A stretch of DNA of 53,326 nt from assembly GCA_038523235.1 (NCBI GenBank), contig JBCBJQ010000030.1:1-53326 (forward strand), given 5' to 3'. The notes under the pieces are model-generated. The model had not been told where the DNA came from and did no database searches. It was given only the letters and a program-made list of their open reading frames with translations. This document shows, piece by piece, positions 9,783 through 19,717 of this stretch (positions are counted from its first letter, which is position 1; every line of letters begins with the position of its first letter). Origin of the DNA: Cyanobacteria bacterium J06626_4. GTDB lineage: Bacteria; Cyanobacteriota; Cyanobacteriia; Phormidesmidales; Phormidesmidaceae. A program made the translations under genes and the position numbers.

Positions 9783-10760
9783 ATGTACACCGCTGATATG
9801 GATCCCGAAGTTGTTCAATGGGTCGAAATGTTGCGATCGCCCCAGCTCGAAGAGCGGCTGGTTGCCGTTAAAACGTTGCAGCACCTGGGCGATGAAGATG
9901 CGATCGAAGCGTTGATTGGGGCGCTGAGCGACGAAAACCCCACGGTGCAGGAAATTGCGATCACAACGCTGTGGGAATTTGCTACTCCGGTGGCGATTAC
10001 CCCCCTGATGGATTGCATCGGATCGCCCCACGAAAACGTGCGGGCAGAAGCGCTCTCGGCGCTGAAGGAGCTGGTTTCGAACAACGATCTGATGAAGCTG
10101 CTGGACGTGCTGCAGGTGGGAAACACCGATGCGCAGTTGAACACCTTAGTGCTGCTGCGAAAAATTCATGATGCGCAAGCGTTGCCGTTTATTCTGCCGT
10201 TCTTTGAGTCAGATAATGCAGCGTTGCGAGAAGCCGCGGTGACCACCCTGCGCTACCTCAATCAAGTGGTGCGGTGTGAACCGGCCTTGGCGTTAGCCAA
10301 AGACCCGGTGGAATCGGTGCGACGGGCCGCTACGCTGACCTTGGGGCACCTGAGTGATGAGGGGGTGATTCCCCTGTTGTGCGAACTGCTCACGGCAGAC
10401 AGTGACTGGCAGGTGCGCCGCAATGCCGCGCAATCCCTGGATTTGTTAGCCAGTGCCGACGCGATCGCGGCGCTAATCATCGCCATGGAAGACACCGAAT
10501 GGCAGGTGCGCAAGTTTACGGCTCGGGCGCTGCAAAAAACGGCGGATGAGCGAGCCCTGCCGGTGCTCATCAAGTCCCTGACCGATGACTATTCTGACGT
10601 CCGGCGGGATGCGGCTACTGCCCTGGGAAATTTGGCCGATGCCAATGCGCTACCGGCGTTGCAGCAAACGCTCCATGACCCCGATATGGACGTGCGGATT
10701 TTCTCCCAGCGGGCGATCGACAAAATTCAGAAGTCTATGCCGGAAACCTCCCATGCCTAG
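9783..10760 (+). CDS. HEAT/PBS-lyase repeat protein
   Basis: Repeated D..VR..AA.AL motifs; ATG 9783 after GAGGA. Confidence 0.88.
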   Translation: MYTADMDPEVVQWVEMLRSPQLEERLVAVKTLQHLGDEDAIEALIGALSDENPTVQEIAITTLWEFATPVAITPLMDCIGSPHENVRAEALSALKELVSNNDLMKLLDVLQVGNTDAQLNTLVLLRKIHDAQALPFILPFFESDNAALREAAVTTLRYLNQVVRCEPALALAKDPVESVRRAATLTLGHLSDEGVIPLLCELLTADSDWQVRRNAAQSLDLLASADAIAALIIAMEDTEWQVRKFTARALQKTADERALPVLIKSLTDDYSDVRRDAATALGNLADANALPALQQTLHDPDMDVRIFSQRAIDKIQKSMPETSHA

Positions 10761-11865
10761 TCATTCTTCGCCGTTTCAGCGGGCTAATGCCGCTCCGTCA
10801 ACGGCCGACCCCGCGCCCAGTGCTGAGGAGCTGAACCGCAAAGCGGCCGTGATTCAGCAGCTCAAAACCTTGCAAGAGCCCACCTTGCAGAATGACTTGG
10901 TGAGTCTCGGGATGATCCGCAATCTGCAGGTCGTTGGTGAGCATGTCTACCTTCGGCTCTATGTTGGCTGTCATCAGCTCCATCTGCAGGCGCAAGTGCA
11001 ACAGACGCTGGCCCAACTGCCCTGGTGCAAAAAGGCTTATGTGCAGCTGTGCACCATTCCCGGTGTGCGCACCACGCTGGCGGTTTCTAGCGGCAAGGGC
11101 GGGGTGGGCAAGTCTACGACTGCGGTTAATTTGGCCGCAGCGTTGGCCTGTACTGGAGCAAAAGTCGGACTCCTGGATGCCGATATCTATGGCCCTAACG
11201 TGCCGCAGATGTTGGGATTAGGTCAGTCCTCAGTGCAAGTGATCGAGACGCCCACCGGTGAAAAAATTGTGCCGTTAGAGGCCCATGGCATCAAGTTGAT
11301 GTCCGTTGGCTTGCTGGCAGAGCGTGACCATCCCTTGGCCTGGCGCGGCCCGGTGATGCACAAAATTATCACTCAGTTCCTGCAAGAGGTGGAGTGGGGC
11401 GAGCTGGACTATCTGCTCATTGACTTACCGCCCGGCACGGGCGATGCCCAAATCACCATCGTGCAAGAAAGCCCCATTTGTGGCGTGGTGATGGTGACAA
11501 CCCCGCAGCAGGTGGCGATCGCCGATGTCCGCCGTAGTGTCTATATGTTCCGCCAGGTGGGGGTGCCGGTGCTGGGCCTAGTCGAAAACATGAGCTATCT
11601 GCTCTGCGGTCATTGTGGTGAACCGACGCCGATTTTTGGCGCTGGGGGCGGTGACCAGATTGCCGCCGAATTATCCATGCCGCTGTGGGGCAAGGTGCCC
11701 ATCGATCCGCGCATTTGTGCCCAAGGGGATGCCGGGGAGCCCCTGCCGCTCAAGGTGCCCGATGCGCCTCTGAGTCAAATTTTTGGTCAGATTGCGCTCG
11801 GTTTGAATACCACATTTGGTTTGGTGCCAGCACAAGCTGTTCCTGTCTTACAGCCTTTGGGCTAA
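10753..11865 (+). CDS. apbC: Mrp/NBP35 (ApbC) Fe-S cluster carrier ATPase
   Basis: SGKGGVGKST, DADIYGP, DLPPGTGD, ENMS-CxxC; N-terminal MIP18-like domain; overlaps HEAT stop. Confidence 0.9.
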   Translation: MPSHSSPFQRANAAPSTADPAPSAEELNRKAAVIQQLKTLQEPTLQNDLVSLGMIRNLQVVGEHVYLRLYVGCHQLHLQAQVQQTLAQLPWCKKAYVQLCTIPGVRTTLAVSSGKGGVGKSTTAVNLAAALACTGAKVGLLDADIYGPNVPQMLGLGQSSVQVIETPTGEKIVPLEAHGIKLMSVGLLAERDHPLAWRGPVMHKIITQFLQEVEWGELDYLLIDLPPGTGDAQITIVQESPICGVVMVTTPQQVAIADVRRSVYMFRQVGVPVLGLVENMSYLLCGHCGEPTPIFGAGGGDQIAAELSMPLWGKVPIDPRICAQGDAGEPLPLKVPDAPLSQIFGQIALGLNTTFGLVPAQAVPVLQPLG

Positions 11866-12066
11866 CCCCGCAAAACATGGGTGCTACCGGCAATCGACGC
11901 GATCAAGCGGGTTGCCCCTTTAGGTGGTGAAAAGATGCCGCGATTGGGAGGCGAGGTTGTACCGCGCCGACCAGGTGCTGAGTGGGGGCACTAGCGGATG
12001 ACTTGCTCCTGGCTAGTTGCTCTAATCCAGGAGCCTTTTCTCATCATTGACTGCTAGGAGGCGCAC

Positions 12067-12798
12067 ATGGGGGGTGAGATGTGGTGGGTGGGCCTGGGGA
12101 TGGTGGCGATCGCCGGTTTTACCAGAGGCTTCTCGGGGTTTGGGTCAGCCATGATTCTTGCGCCGTCGCTGAGTCTACTGTTTAACCCGCAACAGGTCGT
12201 CGCGACGGTGATTTTGTTGGAAATTACCGCTGGCGTTGGGCTCGTCCCAGAAGCAATTTCTAAAATCCAGTGGCCAGAGGTGCTGCCGCTCGTCTTGGGG
12301 GCGATCGTCATGGTGCCCCTCGGGGCCTACAGCCTGGTTTTGGCAGAACCCAATTTAATTCGCCGCATTATCGGGGGATTGATTTTGATCATGGCGCTGT
12401 TGTTGAACAGCGGCAAACTCCACTATCGCCAGTCTTATCTTTGGCTGACCTTGGCTGTGGGGGGGCTGAGCGGTTTCCTCACTGGCTTAGGGGGGATCGG
12501 TGGCCCGCCCGTGGTGCTCTACGAAATGTCCGGGGACAACTCCGCTGTCATCAACCGGGCCAATCTGATTGTATTTTTCGCCGTCACTCAAAGCCTTGCC
12601 CTGGGCCTTTATGGGGCTAGCGGCCTGCTCACGATCGCCGTTTTCCAGCGCTTTGCCACCTTTGTGCCAGTTTTTGTGGGCTGCCTGCTGCTGGGCCGTT
12701 TGGGCTTCAAGCGGGTCAACGAGCAGCTGTTTCGGCGGTTTGTCTATGGCCTGTTGCTAATTGCTGGCGGACTGGCATTAGTCATGCCTGCCCCCTAA
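12067..12798 (+). CDS. TauE/SafE-family sulfite exporter
   Basis: GFTRGFSGFG and GFLTGLGGIGGPP internal repeats, ~8 TM. Confidence 0.88.
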   Translation: MGGEMWWVGLGMVAIAGFTRGFSGFGSAMILAPSLSLLFNPQQVVATVILLEITAGVGLVPEAISKIQWPEVLPLVLGAIVMVPLGAYSLVLAEPNLIRRIIGGLILIMALLLNSGKLHYRQSYLWLTLAVGGLSGFLTGLGGIGGPPVVLYEMSGDNSAVINRANLIVFFAVTQSLALGLYGASGLLTIAVFQRFATFVPVFVGCLLLGRLGFKRVNEQLFRRFVYGLLLIAGGLALVMPAP

Positions 12799-12892
12799 GG
12801 AGCCGAAGAATCGCCTTTTCGGCACGGCACCAGGTTTGCCCCCAGCCCCAGCCAGCGACGCAGCCCAAAACCCATATCAGAAGACAATTGCC

Positions 12893-13948
12893 ATGAAATT
12901 ATCCTCAAAGTCGCTCACTAACTCTGCTGCCGCCACGACGGTCAGCGCCTGGAAAACCTACGGCACAGCGCTCTGGCCAGGGCTCCTGCTGGCTGGCGGC
13001 ATCGCGATCGCGGCTGTGGGGTTAGGACAATGGATTGGCATTGATAGCCTGAATCCACTGTTGATTGCGGTGCTATTGGGCATCGGCTGGCGGTCTGTTT
13101 GGGGTTTACCAAACTTCGCCCGCCCCGGCGTGCAATTTGCGATGAAGCGAGTTTTGCGGCTCGCCGTCATTTTGCTCGGTCTGCGCCTCAGCCTCACGGA
13201 AGTCATCGCGGTGGGGCCAGCGGTATTAGTGATCGTGGCCACTAGCACCTTGAGCACCTTTTATTTGACCAGTTGGCTGGGGCGATACCTGCAAGTCGGG
13301 CGACGACTGACTCAGCTGATTGCAGCCGGGACTTCTGTTTGCGGAGCCTCAGCCGTGATTGCCACGAATGCCGTCATTGATGGCTCGGAGGAAGAGATGA
13401 CCTATGCCATCTCAACGATCACGAGCTTCGGCACCTTGGCGATGCTGACCTACCCACTGATTGCCAATCTGTTTGGGCTGACACCGACTGTGTTTGGGCT
13501 CTGGTGTGGGGCCTCTGTGCATGAGGTGGCTCAGGTCATTGCGACGAGCTTTCAACAGGGCAACTTCAGCGGCGAGCTGGCAACCGTGACCAAGCTCTCG
13601 CGGGTGTTGCTGATCATCCCGATCATGCTGAGTTTGAGCTGGCAAAAACAGCGCACTGGTCTCAAGCAGAAGGCCAATAGCCCCTTTCCCATCCCGTGGT
13701 TTGTCTTGTTTTTTAGCCTCCTTGTCATCATTAATAGCCTGGGCGTTGTGCCCGCGCCGCTTAAAACATCGGTGATAGGCATGAACCAGGTTTTGTTGTG
13801 TATGTCGCTAGCGGCGATGGGGCTAGAGACGAATCTGGTGCAGTTGACGCAGCTGGGTGCAAAACCGATGTATCTGGCGGGTCTATCTTGGCTATTTCTG
13901 GCCGTGACGAGTTTATGCCTGATTACCCTCTTATCTCCGGCGTTCTAG
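12893..13948 (+). CDS. YeiH-family (putative sulfate exporter) membrane protein
   Basis: LRLAVILLGLRL, GTSVCGASAVIA, GASVHEVAQV, TKLSRV, PWFV motifs. Confidence 0.9.
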   Translation: MKLSSKSLTNSAAATTVSAWKTYGTALWPGLLLAGGIAIAAVGLGQWIGIDSLNPLLIAVLLGIGWRSVWGLPNFARPGVQFAMKRVLRLAVILLGLRLSLTEVIAVGPAVLVIVATSTLSTFYLTSWLGRYLQVGRRLTQLIAAGTSVCGASAVIATNAVIDGSEEEMTYAISTITSFGTLAMLTYPLIANLFGLTPTVFGLWCGASVHEVAQVIATSFQQGNFSGELATVTKLSRVLLIIPIMLSLSWQKQRTGLKQKANSPFPIPWFVLFFSLLVIINSLGVVPAPLKTSVIGMNQVLLCMSLAAMGLETNLVQLTQLGAKPMYLAGLSWLFLAVTSLCLITLLSPAF

Positions 13949-14154
13949 CTCACCTGCCAGTTGACTGACAAAACACTTCAAACGCCAGGCGTTGCTGATT
14001 TTGGCTATGAATTGAACTTTAGGCAAGTGGATGACACCAGCGGATATCTCGTCGGTAACGGAGAGTGGGCGTCTCACTCACGGTCTTGGATGGCGATATT
14101 TACGGGATGCCAGCAACCACCTCATGCTGACTGAGCAAGCCGTGCAATGAAAGG

Positions 14155-14616
14155 TTAGACAGCGGGAGACGACCAAATCAGCGGCGCATCATGTGCAACA
14201 ACCCATGCTCGAAGTTGTTGTCCAAGATTATTGATGGCAGCAACTTCAGTACGAATAAAGAAACTCGTTTGAGCATGGTTAGGTGACGTTGCATTGTTAT
14301 CAACAGCAAATTCAATGGCAGCATGACCAACTGAATCGAATATAAAAGCTCGAACAAGCACGAAGTGAGCCCATTTGCCAGTTCGATCACCTAACTCAAA
14401 CCGCACCTCGTCTTGAATGCTTTGCGGAAACTTGTAAAAATCAGCTCCAAGAACATCTAAATTCTCTGGATAAGTGTAGAAGTCTTGAACCCCAGAAAAA
14501 TAACCATTGCTGGCACTAATTTCAACATGCCAAGCTAAATCGTTGTAGGGCAGTCGTTTGAGCGAGATAAAGGCATTAGCCATTAGCTGAACATAGAGAA
14601 CTACCATCATTATCAA
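14155..14616 (-). CDS. Hypothetical protein (AT-richer than flanks)
   Basis: 153-aa ORF with beta-rich pattern; true start may be a downstream ATG; no HIP1. Confidence 0.6.
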   Translation of the reverse strand: MIMMVVLYVQLMANAFISLKRLPYNDLAWHVEISASNGYFSGVQDFYTYPENLDVLGADFYKFPQSIQDEVRFELGDRTGKWAHFVLVRAFIFDSVGHAAIEFAVDNNATSPNHAQTSFFIRTEVAAINNLGQQLRAWVVAHDAPLIWSSPAV

Positions 14617-14724
14617 ACCCGTCGGGCATGACTGCGCAAGAGCGCGAGCGCGAGTCCACGAAACCGTCGCCAGTGTGAGGGGATTTTTCTTTTGAGGTTG
14701 CCATATTTCCTGAGGGCATCAAAA

Positions 14725-16161
14725 TCAGTCAGTCAGCGGAGCAAGATGCTGCGTGGTAAAGCCTGTCGCGCCCAGTTGGATATCCTGCTGCTGATGGAAT
14801 GCCGACCCCAGGCTCACCAAATAGGCTTCGTGCCAGGGAGGCGCAATCAGCGTGACCCCGGTGGGAATGCCGTTGGCTTGAAATCCGTTGGGTAGGGCGA
14901 TCGCGGCCAAATCTAGCAAGTTCACAAAATTGGTGTAGTAGCCCAAGTTCGCATTGAGCTGCAGGGGATCCGCCTCGATTTCATCAATGCGATAGGCGGT
15001 TCCCGTGGTCGGCACCACCAAGCAATCGATCGCATCCCACAAAGGCTGCACTGTTCGTTTCAACGCTTCCACTGCATACAGTCCCTCAAAAGCTGCCACC
15101 GCTGTCAGGGTTTTGGCCTGCATCAGAATCTGCTGAGTAATGGGAAATGCCGCTGCTGGATTTGCCTCAATGAATTGACCCACCGAAGCATAGCGCTCCG
15201 CCACCCAAGCGCCGTTAAACAGCAACTCATTGGCTTGCAAAAAAGGGGTGTAATCGATTTCGACGTCAGTGCCGCCGAGGGCGGTGAGCGTAGCGATCGC
15301 CGCCTCATAACGGGTTTTCACCTCCCCATTGCCAAAGAATTTTCGTTGCTCAGGCCGGGGCACCCCAAAGCGGAAGGATTGCGGCGCCTCATAGACCGGG
15401 AGCGGCTCTGGGCGCCAGGCCGGATCACGAGAAAAGGAATGGTCTGGATCTAACCCCTGCGTCAGCTGGAAAACGGTGTCGGCATCCGTTGCGGTCAAGG
15501 CAAAAATCGACAGACAATCCAACGTCTTGCAGGCTTCTACCGTGTGCCTCGTGCTGAGCAGCCCCCGCGTGGGTTTCAGTCCCACAATATTGTTCATCGC
15601 CGCTGGCACCCGACCCGAGCCCCCCGTATCCGTGCCAATGGCGAAGGACACTAGCCCCACGGCCACCGACAGCGCCGCCCCCGAACTCGACCCCCCCGGC
15701 ATGTAGTCTTTGGAAAAAGCGTTATGGGGCACCGTATAGCCCGTGCGGATGCCGACTAACCCGGTGGCAAACTGGTCTAAATTGGTTTTGCCAATGAGGA
15801 TAGCGCCAGCATCCATCAGCGCTTGGATGACGGGATTCGTGTGCGTCGCCTCATAGGCAAAGGCCGGACAGGCGGCAGAGGTGGGCCATCCGGCCACATC
15901 AATGCAATCTTTGACACTAAAGGGTATGCCCCACAGGGGGTAATGCTGCCGCTGCGCTGGAGCAATGCTTTCCAGCTCGGTTGCCCGCGCTAGCAGTGCC
16001 GCGATCGCCAGGGTCGTAATCCAAATACCATCGTCGCTCCGGCTCGTCAAATTGCCCGCGATGGTTTTAACCAGCTGAGAGGGCATCAACTGCTCCGTGG
16101 CATAAAGGTCTTGAAGATGGGGCAGGGTAAGCAAGGGAATTGATTCAGGCGGCTGCTGCAT
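14725..16161 (-). CDS. atzF: Allophanate hydrolase-like amidase (amidase domain only)
   Basis: VKDCID, GKTNLDQFATGLVG, GGSSSG, GTDTGGSGRVPA, WVAERY, LGYYTNFVNLLD. Confidence 0.8.
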   Translation of the reverse strand: MQQPPESIPLLTLPHLQDLYATEQLMPSQLVKTIAGNLTSRSDDGIWITTLAIAALLARATELESIAPAQRQHYPLWGIPFSVKDCIDVAGWPTSAACPAFAYEATHTNPVIQALMDAGAILIGKTNLDQFATGLVGIRTGYTVPHNAFSKDYMPGGSSSGAALSVAVGLVSFAIGTDTGGSGRVPAAMNNIVGLKPTRGLLSTRHTVEACKTLDCLSIFALTATDADTVFQLTQGLDPDHSFSRDPAWRPEPLPVYEAPQSFRFGVPRPEQRKFFGNGEVKTRYEAAIATLTALGGTDVEIDYTPFLQANELLFNGAWVAERYASVGQFIEANPAAAFPITQQILMQAKTLTAVAAFEGLYAVEALKRTVQPLWDAIDCLVVPTTGTAYRIDEIEADPLQLNANLGYYTNFVNLLDLAAIALPNGFQANGIPTGVTLIAPPWHEAYLVSLGSAFHQQQDIQLGATGFTTQHLAPLTD

Positions 16162-16324
16162 GAATGATGGCGGTAAATGTGTCGTTCAGAAATAATGCTA
16201 TGCCCCTAATTTTTTGACTCAAATTTACAGGCTAATTTTTGTCGATTTTGATTCAAGGGCTTAGCGAAGATTTTGCCACACTGAGGGTGTTTTTCGCTTC
16301 AGTAGTCAATCTCATAATCTCGAT

Positions 16325-16359
16325 ATAAAAATAATTTATCGGCCAATAAATTTCTTGAT
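16325..16359. promoter_or_regulatory. Putative tandem LysR-type operator
   Basis: ATA-AAAATAATT-TAT, 6 nt, ATA-AATTTCTT-GAT in the divergent atzF/ABC spacer. Confidence 0.5.
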
Positions 16360-16387
16360 TCCAAACAGTCTCTGGCTCAAGCCGCTT

Positions 16388-16403
16388 TGTGGGATTCAAT
16401 ACA
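16388..16403 (+). promoter_or_regulatory. NtcA-like site (variant)
   Basis: TGTG-GGATTCAA-TACA; CAAAAT ~21 nt downstream. Confidence 0.4.
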
Positions 16404-16545
16404 ACTTAGCCGTTGAATTCTTGCAAAATGAGCCTATGTTTCGATCTCTGCAAAGCCTAGAAAGATGAGATTGACGCATTAGAAATGGGTGTCAACCAAG
16501 TTGAATCTATTGTTCCGAAATCGTATTTTTTAATTGGAGACAGGA

Positions 16546-17670
16546 ATGCGACAAGCTCTTGGACGTTTTCTCGGCCTATCTATCCTAGGTCGACGTAAGC
16601 TTTTTTCTGTTACCGGTTTGGCTGTCTGTTCACTGACTCTAGCCATTGCTTGTGGCTCCTCTGATGCCCCCACTGCGGTCGAAGAAACGGCCCCCGAATC
16701 GGAAGAAACCACCGAAGTCGCCAGCGAACTGGCGGCAGATATGCCCAAGGTTCGCGTTGGTTTTCAAACTGGGGACATCAACAACATCACCATGGTGGCC
16801 TACAACGAAGGTTACTTTGAGCAAGTTGGCTTAGACGTTGAATTAAGCCCCTATTCCTCCGGCGGGTCAATGGTTCCCGCGCTAGCGGCTGGCGAAGTGG
16901 ACATTACTTGGTTTTTCCCCTTTCCTTCCCTCACGGCCTATGCCACCGGCGTGGATATTGAAGTGGTGCTCCTCGACCACGCCCCTTTAACGGCTGAGCG
17001 CTTGATTGCTGGGGAAGGCATTGCCGATACGGCCAGCCTCAAAGGCAAGACCATCGGTGTCACCATCGGCACCTCGGGGCACCATTCTCTGTTAGCGGCC
17101 TTGGATCAGGCCGAGATTGCTCAAGATGAAGTGACCTTGGTGAATCTCAAGCCCTCAGAAATGGCGGCGGCTTTCTCGGCGGGGCAGATTGATGCGGCCT
17201 GGACCTGGGAGCCCGCTGCCGGCAAGCTTAATGAGTTAGGCGGTACTGATATTGCAACTGCTAAATCAGTGGGGGCTTATGCGGTTGCTTTGTGGGCCGT
17301 CAGGACAGAGTTTGCGGAAGCCAACCCCGAGGTCATGCAGAAGTTCATGGAAGCCTGGGATATGGCCCAGCAAGATTATTTGGCCGATCCCGCTGCTGGG
17401 CAAGCGTGGGAGGCTGAGCGGTTGAATTTGACCGCCGATGAATTCGGAGCCATGGTGGGTCGCCAAGGCTCAACCGTGGTGAAACTAGAGGATCAGCTTT
17501 CTGATGACTGGTTAGGCACACCTGGGGCACCCGAATCAACTGACTTATACAAAGCCTATGACGAATATGCGGTGTTCTTGGTTGACCAAGGGCGACTGGA
17601 TAGTACGCCGGAAGATCTAGCCCCTTTGATTAATTCGGCTTACATTGCCGATTATCTGGAATCGAAGTAA
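16546..17670 (+). CDS. TauA/SsuA-like ABC substrate-binding lipoprotein
   Basis: Lipobox AIA-C; LKGKTIGV..GTSGH, GQIDAAWTWEP. Confidence 0.88.
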   Translation: MRQALGRFLGLSILGRRKLFSVTGLAVCSLTLAIACGSSDAPTAVEETAPESEETTEVASELAADMPKVRVGFQTGDINNITMVAYNEGYFEQVGLDVELSPYSSGGSMVPALAAGEVDITWFFPFPSLTAYATGVDIEVVLLDHAPLTAERLIAGEGIADTASLKGKTIGVTIGTSGHHSLLAALDQAEIAQDEVTLVNLKPSEMAAAFSAGQIDAAWTWEPAAGKLNELGGTDIATAKSVGAYAVALWAVRTEFAEANPEVMQKFMEAWDMAQQDYLADPAAGQAWEAERLNLTADEFGAMVGRQGSTVVKLEDQLSDDWLGTPGAPESTDLYKAYDEYAVFLVDQGRLDSTPEDLAPLINSAYIADYLESK

Positions 17671-17719
17671 TGCTTTGCCGCAATGCTTAGGATCGGAAAT
17701 CAAACAATGTGCTAGTTTA

Positions 17720-17812
17720 TCCCCTCTCGGGAGGGGTTGCCCGCAGGGTGGGGTGGGTTCCAACCGCTCGCACTACCAGCGAACCCACCCCGTTGCCCCT
17801 CCCACGAGGGGA
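17720..17812. repeat. REP-like cyanobacterial inverted repeat
   Basis: TCCCCTCTCGGGAGGGG..GGGGTGGGTTC ... GAACCCACCCC..CCCCTCCCACGAGGGGA. Confidence 0.7.
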
Positions 17813-17962
17813 TATGACATCCGGCTTTGCTTCAAAGCAAATTACGGAATTTATTAAATTCTCATTCCTTAATTGTCCGCCAGGATTTCTTGCCGGAATC
17901 CTGGCAACCTCATCGAGAGAATTCAGCCAGCAACCACTGATGTGAGTGAACGCATTATCCGC

Positions 17963-18799
17963 ATGTCTTACTTTTCACCCAAAACGTCGATTTCTGCGCT
18001 TGAGTCTGAGCCAGGTCGAGATGATGTGCAAACTGGTTCGACGCCAGCGGAGGTGATTTCTCTGGAAAATGTGGCCTTTGGCTATAGTCGCAAACGACTG
18101 GTGCTGAAGGATTTAGATTTACGCATTCGTCAAGGAGAGTTTCTGACCTTATTAGGCCCTTCTGGGTGTGGAAAGTCGACGATTCTTAATTTGATTGCCG
18201 GATTTTACTCGCCGTTGGCTGGTCGTGTGACTCATGGTGGTGAGCCGATCAAAGGCCCATCCGCGCGGCGTGGAGTGGTGTTTCAAAGTAATGCCTTGTT
18301 TGATTGGATGACGGTTGAACAAAATATTGCCTTTGGCTTCCGTTTCCAATCCATTGCTAAATATGAGAGCCAACAACGGGTGAAAACCATCATTGAGTTG
18401 GTGGGGCTCAAGGGCAGTGAACGCAAATATCCCTACGAGTTATCGGGCGGCATGCGGCAGCGGGTCGCGGTGGCTCGGTCGATGGTGGTTCAACCAGAAA
18501 TTTTGTTGATGGATGAACCCTTTGCGGCGGTGGATGTGCAAACCCGTGAAGGATTGCAAGAGGAATTACTCAAGCTCCATGAACAGGTGGCGGGGGCCAT
18601 TTTATTTGTCACTCACAGCATTGAGGAGGCCGTTTTTTTGAGCGATCGCATTATTATCCTTGATCGCAATTTTGGCGGCATTGCCCATGACATCTCGATT
18701 CATCTACCGATGCCCCGTTATGCGGCGATGAATCGCGTATCGGATGAGTTCAACCACTATCGGACGGACTTGTATTTAAAGATGAAAGCGATTAGTTAG
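17963..18799 (+). CDS. TauB-like ABC ATP-binding protein
   Basis: GPSGCGKS, LSGGMRQR, LLMDEPF, VTHS. Confidence 0.93.
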   Translation: MSYFSPKTSISALESEPGRDDVQTGSTPAEVISLENVAFGYSRKRLVLKDLDLRIRQGEFLTLLGPSGCGKSTILNLIAGFYSPLAGRVTHGGEPIKGPSARRGVVFQSNALFDWMTVEQNIAFGFRFQSIAKYESQQRVKTIIELVGLKGSERKYPYELSGGMRQRVAVARSMVVQPEILLMDEPFAAVDVQTREGLQEELLKLHEQVAGAILFVTHSIEEAVFLSDRIIILDRNFGGIAHDISIHLPMPRYAAMNRVSDEFNHYRTDLYLKMKAIS

Positions 18800-18880
18800 T
18801 CCCTGCTGAGAGATGTCTGAAATGTTTTACGGCGCGTTTCGTCAGGATCTGAATTTGAATGTGATGGGCTCTTCAAAACT

Positions 18881-19717
18881 ATGCAGCTAAAGGCGTCAAA
18901 AAAAGCAGAAACGCTTGCTTTTACCGGGCCAGACTTGCAAACCCAGGCATTGCGAGAAAAAGCCCTCTTGTTTGGGGTTGCGATCGCCATTCCTACCTTG
19001 ATCTTGCTCCTATGGGAGCTCACCACTCGCCAAGGGTGGGTTGATGAACTGTTTTTACCCAGCCTGTCGGGCATTGTGACCGAGTTTATGGCCATGGTGC
19101 AAAAGGGGTATGCGGGCACGCCGATCATGGTACATATCCTCGCTAGCTTGAAGCGCGTGTTTATCGCCTTTGGCGTGGGCACTGTGGTCGGCCTACTCCT
19201 CGGCTTATTCATGGGCTACTACAAATATGTGCGGGCCGCTTTCTATGTCGTCACCGAACTGCTACGCCCCATTCCTCCCCTGGCTTTCATTACCTTATTT
19301 ATCCTTTGGTTTGGCATCGGCGAAATCTCAAAGATCTTGATCATTCTCTATGCCGGGTCACTCATTGTGATGTTGAACACTATTTCTGGGGTGCAGTCTT
19401 GCCCAAAAGATAAAATCCTCGCGGCGCAAACTTTGGGGGCGAATGACTTGGCCATTTTTCTGTACGTCATTTTGCCCGCCGCCTTGCCCAACATTTTTAC
19501 GGGAATGCGGGTGGCTCTCTCCGTTGATTTTGGCATTTTGGTGGCTGCCGAATTGCTCGCCGGCAACCAGGGCATTGGCTACATCATTCAGGATGCCAGC
19601 ACCTTCTTTAATGTGGAAGGATTATTTGTCGCAATTTTGATGATTGGCTTTTTTGGGGTGATTTCCGATATCGTCCTCCGATTCCTTGCCCGGCGCGTTG
19701 TCCACTGGCAACGGTAA
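18881..19717 (+). CDS. TauC-like ABC permease
   Basis: TM helices, LRPIPPLAF, AAQTLGA loop. Confidence 0.92.
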   Translation: MQLKASKKAETLAFTGPDLQTQALREKALLFGVAIAIPTLILLLWELTTRQGWVDELFLPSLSGIVTEFMAMVQKGYAGTPIMVHILASLKRVFIAFGVGTVVGLLLGLFMGYYKYVRAAFYVVTELLRPIPPLAFITLFILWFGIGEISKILIILYAGSLIVMLNTISGVQSCPKDKILAAQTLGANDLAIFLYVILPAALPNIFTGMRVALSVDFGILVAAELLAGNQGIGYIIQDASTFFNVEGLFVAILMIGFFGVISDIVLRFLARRVVHWQR

